This document shows, piece after piece, positions 49,791 through 63,466 of a DNA stretch of 64,000 nucleotides. This DNA is from Hydrolagus colliei (taxonomy: Eukaryota), in NCBI GenBank assembly GCA_035084275.1, contig CM068761.1, forward strand, positions 8,494,001 to 8,558,000, in the 5' to 3' direction. Under the pieces are notes generated by a model that had not been told where the DNA came from, did not search any database, and saw only the letters and a list, made by a program, of their open reading frames with translations. A program made the translations under genes and the position numbers. Each line of letters opens with the position of its first letter. Within the stretch, counting starts at the first letter, position 1.

Positions 49791-52340
49791 TAAGTATTCC
49801 CTTAATAGTATTTAGTATCTTATTTATATATTTACCGAATAACTGATATAAAATTAAATCAGCTAATATCGCTTCAATTAATCCAATTGCTAATTATTTT
49901 ATCTAGCTATTTATTAACTCGTAAATGACGTATAATCGAAACAACCTATAATGAGACATATAGCGAGGAGTGCCCGTATATACGTGAGTAAAGCAAGGCA
50001 GCACTACACACAGGTGTAGTCTACACACAGGTGTAGCCTACAAACCGCTGGATTTAAATGACTACTGTATTGTTTTTTTAAGGGATTGTTAGGTATGCGT
50101 TGTAAGAAAACTTGCCCAATGTTTCGCCCTTTCTGGAATTGAGTCCAATTCTCTCTCTTTTAAGGCATGTGCTCTATCCACTGAGTTGCTGGACTCCTCA
50201 GTTGAAGGGTCCTCAGGCATCCATCAGTATATTTATTATAATGATGATAATAGGAGGCGGCGCCAATTGATGCAGATAGATGGGTAATCTGTAATAAACC
50301 AGACATTAGAATAAAAAATAGATAGTAAATGTAGCAGAACATGTGGGGCTTTAATATGTGCTGACAACATAAGCAATCAGGAACTAGGGAAGATGAGGAA
50401 ACTTATCGATCTGCAAATGGAACGTGGAAGACATGTTCAAGTACAAATCAAACATAAATCCGATACCTGAATGTTTAGAGCACTCGCCATACAAGGAAGT
50501 GATCTGGTTTCAATTCCAGGCAGGGCGAAATGTTGAGCAAGTTTCCATACACCATATGCCTCATCCCTCAAAAGAGGGAATAATAAATTGCTCACTTCAA
50601 TCTGCGACTGTTTGTGGGACACTGCTGATATGTTTCGCCGACATATATTCACTATTTTCTGAGGGATTATGGGTCATTTTGTAAAGCGCTTTGAGACGTC
50701 TAGAAGATGAAAGGATTGGTATTATTAATTAGGATTTGTTTTAGTCGTCCATAAATATTTCCAAAGGAATAGCAACACTTTGTTGCGTTTTGTTTTGTTT
50801 TGATGTATCTGCAATCATCTGGAAGTATTTGCATTGACAGCAATATTCTTAGACAAACAAAATAATCCATGTTTGTGATATTCGTGAATGTTTGAGTGGA
50901 AATTATACCTATGCCTTTTGAAGTAAAGACAGAGGATCTCATAACTCAGTATGAATTTAACAGGGTGACAATTTCTTCAAATTTTAAAATACCACAGTGA
51001 TCGGGTACATTTTGTCACACGTTGGATTTCTACCCAAGCTTCTGATAGATCAGATGTGGGAAGATTCAGGCGACGAACATTCAATCTGTGGAGGGCGCTG
51101 TCTCACAATAAATAAAAACATTGCCACACTCTCACTGAGGCAACAATTTTAAATGACTGTCAGTTTGAATTTCATAGCTTATATGAAATCTACTCAGGTT
51201 GTTGCTACTTGTAGTGTCTGTTTTTGTAGCCAAACACAGTGCTTGTTTTGCAGCAGCAATATCACTCAACAAATGAATAACAAAAATGGTAAATAATCTT
51301 ATGTACAGTTATTCCTGGCTCCAAGAGAAACTTTCTTTCACTTTCCATTAATTTATTCCATGGAAACTCTGATATCCACCTGAGCAATCAACAACTTCAA
51401 TTAGCATCATGTTGTAAAAATCTAATCTCGCAAACTGAAGTGAAGTGATTGCAGTGTTTGCCCTAGATATGCCGATAAAAATCATGACGGGTGTTCAATT
51501 TAAATTATGATTCTATCATTAATTCATTATAGGTTATCGTAATTGGTGCCTCCAGAGTGACTATCAATATTACCACATTACTGTCTATCACACTGCCTGG
51601 CTTCCAATGTACATCACCATGAAGGCAGTGAAATCCTCAGTCCTTGCCTTTGAGAATTGATGTTTGTGATGTTGAAACGGTTCAAGGGCAATGTACTTCA
51701 GACTATCACATTTAGTTAATTTTATGGCATGTGCTCCACCATAGTACAAGGCAATAATAACGAAAGACAAATGCAAGAACACGTTGCAATTATGCATCAT
51801 GTTGCATATTGGGAGTTTGCACCAAAACTCGTTATGCTTGCTGTGATTGGATTGAAATTGGGATGGGTGGAAGCATGACCAAGGCACGGTGAAAGAGAAA
51901 GGACTTTAGATGAGAGTTCAAGGAGGGAAGGCAGGGCAACTGAAGTGTTTCCTATTCAGTGTTCCCAAGGAGTATGGCCAAAACATGTTGAAGGCCTTTC
52001 ATGAGGAATGCAAGAATGATATTTCTCGGCAGCGTGAGTGAAGAGGCAATGGCAGTGTTGTTCAATGTAGTGGAAGTGTGGGAATGCAGAACTGTGGGTG
52101 GCATCCATATTGGGATAAGGAAAGATCAGCATCGAGGCTTTGTACAAGCTATGGGCGGTGAAAAATGAATCTGTTAATAGCGTCATTGTCAGTTCGTTGT
52201 GTGAGGAATTGCAGGCGGCCTTCACCTTGTCAACTTTAAACTGGAGAAAATTAGCCATTATTCAGGGCTTGATCACTGAAGATGGCAGCAAATACATTGA
52301 GAAATATGAAGGAACAGATTGAACATATGTTACTTTGTAA

Positions 52341-53490
52341 ACTACAACAACCACAAAATGACATTTATATAGCGCCTTTCACGTCGGGAGGATGTCCCAA
52401 GGCGCTGCACAGGAGTCGTGTGACCCGAGCTGGGAGGGTAGTGTTCGGGAGGGGTTAAAAAAACGTGGGGGAGGTCTAACAATTAGGGGGGAACAGAAGG
52501 CATGGTCGAAAACAATAGTCTTCGATCAGGCCTTGAAAGAGGAAAGGGAGGAAACAAGGCAGAGGGTTTGCGGGATGGAATTCCATTGGGTGGGAGCGGA
52601 AAAACTGAAGGCTCGGCCTCCGATGGTGGGGCGGTTAGGGTGGAGGGCTTGGAAGAAACCAAGTCCCGCTGAACGGAGGGTCCGGGTGGGCTTGTAGGGG
52701 GAGAGTAGATCGGATAGATAGGGTGGGGCGAGGCTATGTAAGGCCTTGTAAACGAGGACAAGGATCTTGAACTCGATCCTCTGGGGGATGGGGAGCAAGT
52801 GGAGACCGGCGAGGGTGGGGTTTATGTTGTCACCGAGGCGGGTGCGAGATAGCGCACGGGCTGCAGAGTTTTGGATGACCTGCAGCCTGTGAATGGAGGA
52901 GCTGGAGAGGCCGACGAGGAGAGTTTCCGTAGTCCAACTGTGAGGTGATATACGTGTGCACGAGTGTTTCGGCAGCGTGGGGGGTGAGATAATTGCTGAG
53001 CCTGGCAATGTTGCGCAGGTGGAAATATGCGGTGCCGGTCAAGGCATGGATGTGGGGGAGGATGGAGAGTTTATGGTCGAACGTGATGCAGATGTTCCTG
53101 ACTGTCTTTGTGAGGTGGAGAGTATAGCCTTGGATGTTGAGGCTGGCAGCACCCTATGTGAGGAGGCGCTGGCTTGAACCAATCATGAGGGCCTCGGTCT
53201 TGCTCACGTTCGATTTTAGGAAGTTGACCCTCGTCCAGGACTCAATGTCGGACAGACATGCTGTCAGAACATCAATGGTCTGGGGGTTGAGGGATGAGGG
53301 TGAGAGGTACAGTTGGGTGTCGTCTGCATACATGTGGAAATGTACCCCATGTTTGCGGATGATATTGCCCAGAGGGAGCGTTTAAATGGTGAAAAGGAAG
53401 GTGCCAAGAATAGAGCCCTGGGGGATGCCATGAGAAACTGTGCGGGGTTTTGAGGAGAAACCGTTAGAAGATACAAAATGTAGGCGGTCC
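52341..53490 (-). mobile_element. Younger 5'-truncated L2 insertion, unique to this unit
   Basis: HMYADDTQLY, LHLLPIPQRIEFKILVLVYKAL and GGRAFSFSAP motifs; longer open stretches than the other L2 copies. Confidence 0.88.
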
Positions 53491-53644
53491 GAAGGTGCTC
53501 TGCAGTCAGGTAGGAACCAGAGCAGAGGGGGCAGGGATCAGCGTAAGGGTAAGGAGAGTAAGAGAATTGACTGTATATTTGTGGGCGAAACATAGCAGCC
53601 AAATTACGCACAGCAGTGTTCCACAATCAGTTGTGTGAGTCGGG

Positions 53645-54058
53645 TTAGGGGAGAAAGGGGGAAAAGAGCATAAGGGGGAGAGGGAGGGAAAGGTGGGGTG
53701 AGGTAAAGTCGGTGAGGAAAAGGGTAGGAGAAAGGGTGTTAAGGGGGAATAGGGAGGCAAGGGAGAAAATGGGAAGAGGGAAAGAATGGGGGAAACAGGA
53801 GCAGATGGATGGAAGAGGGAGAAGAGCGGAAGGGAAGAGAGGAAAGAAAGGGTGGAAGAGACAGAGGGGAAAGGAAGGGGGGTGGATAGAGAGGGTAGGG
53901 GTGAAAGAGCGAGAGGAGGACAGGGGGCAAGAAAGAGGGAAGTAAAGAGGGGGTGGTAGGGAGAGGCAAATAAGCGAGGGAAAAGGGGAGGAGAGAAAGG
54001 ATGAAATGTAGCGAGAGAAGAAAAAGGGGGAAAGGTTAGGGGGCAAAAGGCGGGGGTG
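53645..54058 (+). repeat. Purine-rich low-complexity tract
   Basis: Homologous to 9030-9520. Confidence 0.9.
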
Positions 54059-54097
54059 ATTAACCAACGGCAACAAAAATAGCAACAATAACAATAA

Positions 54098-54250
54098 TGA
54101 AGTCCTTGAGCTCGCCACGACTTGTCCTCACCATGTGCCTGGATGGTCTGCTGAAGGTGGAACTGGACCTGGGTGAAGTGGGAGGAAAGAGCCAACAGTG
54201 ATTAATTACTTGAACAGCTCCTGCTCGGCCTCCAGCCACTGCAGTTTCTC
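54098..54250 (-). pseudogene. RUNDC1: RUNDC1-like fragment, copy 5
   Basis: LALSSHFTQVQFHLQQTIQAHGEDK, then ELKDF after a frameshift. Confidence 0.7.
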
Positions 54251-54296
54251 AGTGATTGGGCCGAGTGTGGTGCCAGGCCACAAACCGACTGACTTC

Positions 54297-54578
54297 TCAG
54301 CTGGTGTACTTGATGATGGCGTTGATGCTCTCGAACATGGCATGTTTAGCCAGCTCACCCAGCAGCAGCAGCCTGACCGCCATCTGGATCTCCCACGATG
54401 AGATGGTCTGCCACTTGCTGCACGATATCAGGTAATAGGCCTCACAGTCAATCCACTCAACGATGTCATTGACGAATGAGTTCACCACATTCATGGCCGA
54501 CGATGAGAAGCCCGTGTTCTTGTGGACCTGCTTCAGCACCTTGTACATGTATGAGGTGTAACTCTGTGTCCTGCGCAT
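54297..54578 (-). pseudogene. H2B: Histone H2B-like copy 5; 93-aa open frame over the histone fold
   Basis: [23 protein letters not shown]...[19 protein letters not shown]. Confidence 0.88.
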
Positions 54579-57258
54579 GCGGCATCTAACCTAGCTGCTC
54601 GTCCGCCACCGTCGCTATTTGCAGGGACCACCAAAGTGATCAGCGGCTTGGGATGTCTTTCCAATGTGAAAGGTGCTCCATAAATGTAATTTTGTTGTTC
54701 TTCAGTCGCTTATTTCTATGTTCTGTTAACAAGTTTGATCAGTTTTATCAAAATAATCCTAACTATGATAATGATAACTGGATACCTGGGCTAAATCATG
54801 CTCCAATGACTTTAAACAAAATCCAATTGTGACCACATGCCGTAATGCACATGAAGAAGAAAACACTTTGTATCCTGTCCAGCAATGACACAATTAAAAT
54901 TAACATTGACTTCAATAACCATCATGGCTGAGAAACTGTAAGATATTAATAGGCACAAATTGGCTTCCACATTTGCCTAAATAATATACGCCATACATCC
55001 AGTAAAGCATCACTTGAAAAGAAAAGTCGTCCTTAAATGAAAGGTACTTTCTCAAAGATATTATTAATTATTTAATTTTTAATACCCTTTTCTTATTGAA
55101 GGTCCTTTTGGATTTCTATGCATTAGCAAATCATTTAATCTTGACCTGTCAAAAATGTACATTGAATGATCACATGCTTCCATACAAGCGAGTTTTCAAA
55201 TTTGAAGACTTGAGTAGATCACCTTCTGAAATGCACTGGTGTGTATGTCCTACACTGGTGGAGGTGCCATCCTTTGGATTACACTTCAACCCAAATACCA
55301 TTTTCTTGTTAATTTGGAAGCTAAGGATCCCATGTCACAATGCAAATGGGGAACAAAGCGTTTGGTGTCCTGGCCAACAATTGCCCCAAATAAAACTATC
55401 ATTCATTTCAAGGCTGTTTGTGAAACATCACCATACACTGATTTGCTGCTACATTTTTCCAAACAGCATGTACAGTATATTCCGTGAAGCATCGTGACAG
55501 GTCCTCTTAATACGAAACGTGCTTTGTCAAAAGTATTATCTATTTATTTAATTTAACAGTAAATGTTTTATGGAAGTGTGCAGTTTAAAAATGAATGCAG
55601 TGTTGGGTTTTCTACGCATGTGCAAGTTACTTTGACGTATCCTAAATGTGCATGGGATCAGCGCATGGACAGAATTGAACACACGTGAGTGGGAACTCTG
55701 GGGGAAATCTTCACTTGAGGACTGTTCTTCTTTTAGCGCGTTGTGTAACATTAATCTGCTTTTACGCTTCCCGTTCCAGTCTATATCACAATTTCCATGT
55801 CAATGACATGTCCAGAAGATGGGACGTATGTGTTTGTATATTGATGCGATTACATCTCTGTTCCCTGGAAGGAAAAATAGATTAACAATATGTTTTTAGC
55901 AGAAAATGCAGTGGCTGCAAATTAATTCACTGTGGCACTGATCTGGCTGTGATTTACACAGGATGATTCCAATCTCTTTTAAAGGGAACGTAATCGAAAA
56001 AATGTGTGGACAACCTGTGTGTGGATTTTATTCGGTATTTTGTTTTGAATTGGTGTCATAACAAATATATTTAAAAATATATGCATGTTTTTAAAAAATC
56101 ATAAACCTATCTTTTTTCGTACCACGACTGTCTCCAGGTAAATCCCTTCGATCGACCAAAAAATAACTGTCCAAAAGTCAAAACAAACCCAAATAGGTGT
56201 CTATGTGCGTGTGAGGGACGGGTAATAGCAAATGACAGTCGCCCCTATCGATGAATGTGTTGCTGTTCCCCAGGCTGGCTGATCAAGAGAGCCGGCACTG
56301 TATTCATTGTATATAACTTTGCCTGAAAGGAACGTTCCTTTATCATCGGGGAACGTGAATCGCGCTATCATTCTGCTGTTAAATATATTACATCTGCAGT
56401 GAGGCACAGTGCAGTAAAGGGAATCCTAGCGTGAGGGCAGGGCTGGTACCTGCCAGAAGGTGAATGGGAAAAGTATTTCAGAAACAGACACATCGTATTT
56501 GTGAGGATCCCTGTCACCGGCTGTGAAGTGTGACTTGCACGGCAGGGTCTGTATCAGTTCAGGTGAGGCTTGTCAGTGTGTAAACTGCAACTGAATCAAA
56601 AGATGAAACTTTCCCAACTACAAATTATCTTTCGTCGGAACAATCTTCACAAGCGAATAAATCTCTTTGTACCTGTGCAAGCGAATCTTGCAGGATTCAC
56701 ACAGTGCAAAGCGGTGAACTACAGAATATTTAATAGAATAAGACCACGACACTGTCAATAATTGAAGTTTGTGCTGTTTAAAAAAAACGCTGTTTCACAC
56801 TGCAAATAAAAACTAGCTTCATTTTCTGATGTCCTGTAGGTCAGTTTAGAGCACTTGCCTTACAATCGAGTGACCTGGGTTTGATTCGTCAGGGCGAAAC
56901 CTTGGGTAAATTTCCTTACCCCACACGCCCGATAATAATCCCTAAAAACGCCCCCCAAAATAAATTGGTCATTTCTCGACTGTTTGTTGGAAACAACTTT
57001 GCGTAATTGGCTGCCCGTTTCGCTCACATATATACAGTATATTCTGTGAAGCGCTATCGGACGTCTAGAAGACGTGAAAAGCACAATTTTAAATGAAGCA
57101 TTATTATTACTTTATCAAGGTCTTCAGGTTGACACATTATTCAATGTTACCATGAAACAAATTTTGAAATCCGAGCGGTAAATTGGTTCAAATTTGCAAG
57201 ATGCTACATCTGCTGTTCAGAACAAGGATTTCTATTGGACGATGGGAGCCGGAGGACA

Positions 57259-57266
57259 ATTTGCAT
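57259..57266 (+). promoter_or_regulatory. Ig promoter octamer (cluster D)
   Basis: ATTTGCAT 132 nt upstream of the ATG. Confidence 0.85.
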
Positions 57267-57390
57267 AAATTGTGAATTCAACTGGACTTGCGTCACCTGA
57301 TGGTTCTTAAGGAGAAGTTTACAATCGAGCAGTAAAGTGGCTTTTGTCTGTGAATCACTAATTTCTCTGATGTTCATCAAACTGTTCACA

Positions 57391-60293
57391 ATGGGCGATT
57401 GGCTCCGAGTTCTGGCCGCTTTGCTCCTGTGTCTGCATGGTAAGCGCTGCGGAATCCGCACTGATCTCAATTAGCGTCACTTTGTACAGTTAGTTCTGCA
57501 GTGTGACCTGTCTACAGTGTGATCTATCTACAGTGTGACTTATCTGTGACTTGTTATTTCTCCAGGAACAACCGCAGCTGTTACCCTGACTCAGCCACCG
57601 TCCATCTCAACCTCCCCGGGAAACACCGTCAAGATCACCTGTACCATGTCCGGAGGCAGCATCGGCAGCTACTACACGAGCTGGTACCAGCAGAAGCCTG
57701 GCAGCGCCCCTGTGTTTGTTTGGTATGAGTACAGTAGTAGCTCCACCAGAGGTCAGGGGATTCCTGATCGATTCACAGGTTCTGTGGACTCATCGAGCAG
57801 CGCCATGCATTTAACCATCAGCGGTGTGCAGCCGGAGGACGCCGCCGATTACTACTGTGGTGTCTGTTATGACAGCAGCTCTCCCTTCATCTTTGGTAAA
57901 GGGACCAAGCTGAGTTTGAAAAGTAAGTGATCTTGTTTCGACTTTAGCTGATTATTGTGATCAAGTCGGGAGGACGTCCAAATATAATTGTATGTTTGTC
58001 TGTATTCGATATTGTTTCACACGCTTTCTGTGATAGTCCCTTCTGGTTTCCTAATGATAAACCTTTTATGTGGAAATCGGAAATTTTAACGAATCAAACA
58101 CGGGAAACCTGATCTTAACTGAAAAGCTGTGAAGAATTTGGACGGATATTACAGCCAACTAACAATGGTAAAACGGAGGAGAAGGAATGACAGGAGCGAA
58201 GAAGAGATAATCGTGATGATATTTATATTTAACAGTCTGAAGGACTGAAGATGTCAGATTCACTGAAGCACCGGTTAGAGATCCTGCTAAAGAATGAGCT
58301 ACACCAGGGAAATGAGTTAACACTTCACATCTGAGATTGAAGTTAAATCTCTTCGTGCCAGATTATTTAATTTCTATGTTTACTTGTTAACCTCTTTCCC
58401 CAGTTTATGAGCACGAAGTGATGTTTAAAAGAATCTCCATAATAAGGAGATCAACAGCATCTTTCCATCTGGTGACTGTCGCTGGGGTCTAATGGACCGA
58501 TTGGTGAGCGGTTCAATCTCAGAGGGAACCGGATACCCTGAAAATAGTGTTCGTCCGTGACTAACTGATCCTTTTTAAAATTTAAATTTCTTTGAGACTG
58601 AGGAACATTATCTGTAACAGATATATGGATGATGTAGAATAACTGTAGCGGAGTTTGTTCTCAGCATTATTACGAATTCAAATCTAATGAATTCTTTTTA
58701 GAATAATTCAAATGTTATAATCTGCTCCGTGTTATTGCCATAAACAGACTTTGCATTTTAACATTTTTCTATTCCAGAGTTCTATTTGGATTTCTTCAAC
58801 TATTTTATTTTCTCTCCATTACCCCAATTAAAATACATTTCTATTTGACCATTAATTGAACGCATTTATCTTTAGATTTCTAATTTTACAAACGTGTTAT
58901 TGTCTCCCAATTCCGTGGTTGATGTCGCGAAGGGCAGCACCATTGGAGTTACTCAATAATATCATGGTTTTCACCACAAGTTGCTGCAGTTGGTCAGATG
59001 GGAATCATCGCTCATTAAAGACAGAGGCTGAGCGCCGGCTCAATCTGGTCAAAATACATTTTCTTCCTTGAAAATTAAATTTATTATTGCCCTCAGGCAT
59101 CATATTAAAGGGATTCCGATTTGTGTATTGTGTATGGTGATTTGTGTATTGTGTATTGTGTATTATGATTTGTGTATTTTGCGCTGTTAACTATGAATTA
59201 AAATCAGCAAATACGGTACCAAATAAATTATTGTGAAATCGGAAGCCCCTCTCTGTAACCAATCAAACATTGGATTCTGATTGTGCTCTTTAATTGTCTT
59301 TCAGTGCAGAGTGTTTGGTCAAACGGAAAACGTTTATTTTCGTCCTATTTTCAGTTTGTTACTCTCTATACAAACTCTATCGAATTAGTAATGATGTTTC
59401 ACTGCGCTTTCACTCAGCCGTTCCCGCCACATACTCCTTGTGACGCGACATTTAGTGTCTATTGTTAGTTCTTATGATTGTGTTTACTAATTATTTGAAT
59501 TGAGGAAAATTTGAATGTTTGCCCACCACTGCAAAAAAAACCTATAACAGATTGGTCCTTTCAATCCACGACAGTTTGTGAGACACTGCTGTGCGCAATT
59601 GGCTGCCTACATGTAGTATATTTTGAGAAATGTAAGACGCCAAGAGCACTGTATCAAATGCGAGGATTATGATGATTATTGTTGAGCTCTCAGCAGCAAA
59701 CTATTGATAGTATAATAATGAACGGTGTGTGATGGTGTATGATGACCCCAACACTCATTGTTCCCTTTACATTGTTACACTTTGTCACAGTTGAAAAGTA
59801 CCGTCTAAAACTCAACACAAGAAAATGTTTTACCATTTACAGGAATATGAAATACTGAAAAGGATTATTTATTGGTGATCCTGAAGTTTTGTGGTGCGAT
59901 TAAACAAGTCGATTGTAACTTAAAATGCTAAAAAAAAATGTATTATTTTTTATCCACATTTTTGTTCCAGACCCACGGGCCCCCACGGTGACTGTCCTTC
60001 CGCCGTCAACAGATCAAATCACAGCAAAGAGCAAGGCGACCCTGGTGTGTCTGGTGAATGATTTTAACCCTGGAGCTGTGGAGGTCAAGTGGACTGTGGA
60101 TGGCAGCGCCAGAAGTGAAGGTGTTGAAACGAGTGCGATCAAGCAGGAGGTGGACAACACGTACAGTGTGAGCAGTTATCTGACTCTGCCAGCCTCCGAG
60201 TGGGAGTCACACGATCTGTATTCCTGTCTTGTCACACACGAGACTCGGGGGACTCCGCTGTTAAAAACCATCGCCAGATCCAGTTGTATCTAA
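57391..60293 (+). CDS. IGL: Ig light chain cluster D; exons 57391-57439, 57566-57922, 59971-60293; 242 aa
   Basis: Intact GT/AG sites, open frame, CDR3 [11 protein letters not shown]. Confidence 0.95.
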
Positions 60294-62276
60294 ATTAGGA
60301 ACATACAGAGCTAGTAGAATTTGTCTTTGGCAATCTACATCAATAATAAGAACTGTGTTAATAAGTGTTTGGAAATTAAAGTAATTCTGTCAGGAATGCC
60401 CAAATTGAAAACTAAATTCGCTTAAACACCTCCGCGAAATTTCGAACTAAAGGAAAGTAGCTGTTAGATTTTTAAGTAGATTAGTACAAAACGGCAAGAA
60501 TAATTTTTCTGTTTCCTGGAATTAAATGGTTGTATTTTATAGTTGTTCACGATGCAAGAATCAAACGCCATGTGTAACAGTTCAGAAATAAGTAATGCTA
60601 CAGTTCAATAAAACAATCTTTCATTGCCATCTGTACCATTGCTATTTTTCTTCCATTTCTTTTCTTAATTTCATTATTATTTTGTCTAAAACACGAAGTT
60701 GATCTGATCAATTAAACATACAAGCAGTATTTGTATGCCTTTGAAATTTATCGAGCAGAATTTTGGAAACATCTTAATCTTGGTCGCTAATTGGGATCCT
60801 TTTCATGTTGTTGTTAAAAAGAAACATCCTTCAAAGTATACTCAACATCAATTAGAATTAAAGTGAATTCAAATTATCGCACAATAGTCAGTGTTAAGTC
60901 ATGATTGTTTTTACAGGCTGAGCACGTGTGAGATGCTCTCCCCAACACTACTGTACATCCACCTTGGGTTTGGAAGATAATTCGTTGAGATACTTTTGCC
61001 CTCTGCCTCTCCAGCCCGCCAATCTCTATAGAACTAAATCAAAGTATTACACAAGTGCCTCACTCGATCATTATGCTGAGCTTTTCTGTTGTCAAAAGGA
61101 GTCACAACCTATTGGAAGATTATATGACCATCAGATGCAATTGAAATATCAAAATGTACCCTCTCCGAAGAGATCATTGTAGAGTTCCTCCCCTCCCCAC
61201 CCTGTGGTCAGTGAGCTCCAAACCTGCCTTAAAGATACCAACTTCCGCATTGCAGCATTGCACAGACCTTTTAACACACGCAGGTGTCCCTGGAGTTTCT
61301 TTAAATACTTTAATCTGTTGTGCATTGTTGTCAATGTTTTCACTTTGTTGCAAACCATTAAATCAGTACATTTTAATCACTAAATACATCTGTTTTTTGT
61401 GGGTCGATATCAAAACAAGTATAAAACATTGAAATGGAACTATGGTAAGAGGAAGCTGGACAACTACGTGTCTGGAATATTCCAATCGCAGCTGGTACTG
61501 ATGTAATCGAGATGTTCACATAACTCTTATGGAATGAGTCCCAAGCTCTGCCTAATGTAACAACATAATAGCATATAGTTATGATTGAATTGGGATAATT
61601 GATTATATGGAGGAGAATTGTACAATTGGTTGAACCAATAAACACAATAAAATGAATGAAACACTCAACACAACCGGCAGTGAGCGGACAATGTTCTGCA
61701 TTCACGTAATATAGTTTGCTGCTCTCCTAGTCTAAGAATTTGCATTTGTTAATGTTTATGAATGGTTATCACAACCAACCAGGTCCACGATCCATGTTTA
61801 CACATTCTGACTCATGCGCTAATTTGTGAGTAAAAACTGTAAGTGTTGATTGTACTTCATGGGGGAGGAGGATTCAAAAATGTTATTTTGGTCATCGTTC
61901 ACCACCATTTTATATTCTATTTTGGTGGGCCTAATGCCGGAAAACACATACTGATACGGCATGCACTTGTATTTAATAACAACGATACTTAGGAAATCGT
62001 TTTAACATAGTGGATATATAATCTCTTTAAGTAATTGTCAGTACTGGATCTGCTCAAGTAACGTTGGGGATTTGTTGTTAAAAAATGTGATTTTAAGTGA
62101 AATACCGTATAGGGTAACCTAAATTACCATAGGCCCTAATGCTATCAACAGGGATTACGTGTCTTGAGTACATGTCTGGTTTTAATTTGCTTACGTTAAT
62201 CTTAAATAAAGATAAAAAACAACACCACTAGTATTGAAAATAAAATGTTTAACATTTACTAAACACATCATTGGAT

Positions 62277-63213
62277 AATAGCAACAAAAGTACATTGATA
62301 GGGCGCCTTTCATGTCAGGAGGATGTCCCAAGTCGCTGAACAGAGAGGTCAGGTCTCAATCAGTTATATGGGTGGTGGAGGGATGGAGAATAGGAAAGGG
62401 AGGATTATTAGGCAGTGAGGAGAAGGCACGGTCAAAGAGCAAGATGTTGAGACCGACCTAAAAGGAGGAAAGGGAGGAAGGGAGGTGAATGGGTTTTGGA
62501 ATGGGGTTCCAGAGTGTGGGGCAGAGTGGCTGAAAGCCGGGCCACTATGATAGGTCAGTTTCGGATGGGGGACATGGTGCAGGAAAGAGCCCGCTGAACA
62601 GTAGGGATGGGTAGGCTGATAGGGAGTCAGTAGGGTGGAAAGATAGGCTGGGGCAAGGCCATGAATGCCCTTAAAGTGAGGATGAGGATCTGGAATTTAA
62701 CTGTGTGGATGATGGGGAGCCAGTGAAGATGGGCGAGGTTGGGAGTGATGTGGTCGAGGAGCCTAATGCAGGAGAGTCCATGAGCTGCAGAGTTCTGAAT
62801 AGTCTTCTGTAGTTGAGCCTATTTGTGATGAAAGAGTGGGTGAGTGTGTCAGCGGCATGGGGGATGGGGTAGTGGCGGAGTCAATCAATGTTGCGGAGTT
62901 GTTGGAAGGCTGTACCGGTCATGGAGCGGATTTGTGGGTGGAAGGATACTTTGGGGTTGAACAAGACACCCAGATTCCTGACTGGCTTCAAGAGGTGGAG
63001 AGTGCACCCTTGACTGCCGATGTTGCCAGCACCTGAGCTGTGGAGGCTCTGACGTGAGCGAATCAGGATGGCCTCTGTCTTGTTGATGTTTATTTGGAGA
63101 AAGTTGTTCATTGTCGAGGATTAAATGATGGACACACATGCAGTCAGAATTGCATTAGTCCTGGAGTTGAGGGTGGAATCGGAAAGGTAGAGTTGGGTGT
63201 CTTCAGCATACAT
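62277..63213 (-). mobile_element. L2 3' portion (orthologue of 7297-8232)
   Basis: NNFLQININKTEAILI, VRNLGV. Confidence 0.87.
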
Positions 63214-63423
63214 ATTGGGAATATGCACTGAAACTCATCATCATTGCTGTGATTGGTTTGAAACTGGGATTGGTGGAAGCACGACCAATGCACAACGAAC
63301 GAGAAAGGAATTTAGATGAAATTTCAAAGAGTGAAGGCAGTGCAAGGCAAAGTGAAGGCAGTGCAAGGCAAACAATTTTCCCAAGGAGTATGGCCAAAAC
63401 ATGCTGAAGGCCTTTCCATCACT

Positions 63424-63466
63424 AGCAATTCGCACCCCCCCAAAAAAAATCCTGCGTACGGCCCTG
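63424..63466 (-). mobile_element. Possible hAT-like DNA transposon terminus
   Basis: Minus strand reads CAGGGCCGTACGCAGGATTTTTTTTGGGGGGG. It lies between the truncated old L2 and the ERV. No partner end was seen. Confidence 0.35.

Larger units (their letters stand above)
1..63418 (+). repeat. Tandem segmental array; unit landmarks at about 1, 10428, 25477, 30566, 40859, 54966
   Basis: The landmark ttccacatttacctaaataatatacg and collinear blocks recur. Unit lengths are about 10.4, 15.0, 5.1, 10.3 and 14.1 kb. Confidence 0.92.

Noticed and set aside
59925-60293. 122-aa ORF as a C gene with its own N-terminus
   Set aside because: The extra residues are the polypyrimidine tract and acceptor of the J-C intron read in frame by chance.
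63331-63371. 21-bp tandem duplication, and similar small duplications at about 13007 and 50005
   Set aside because: Isolated slippage events inside repeat relics with no further structure.
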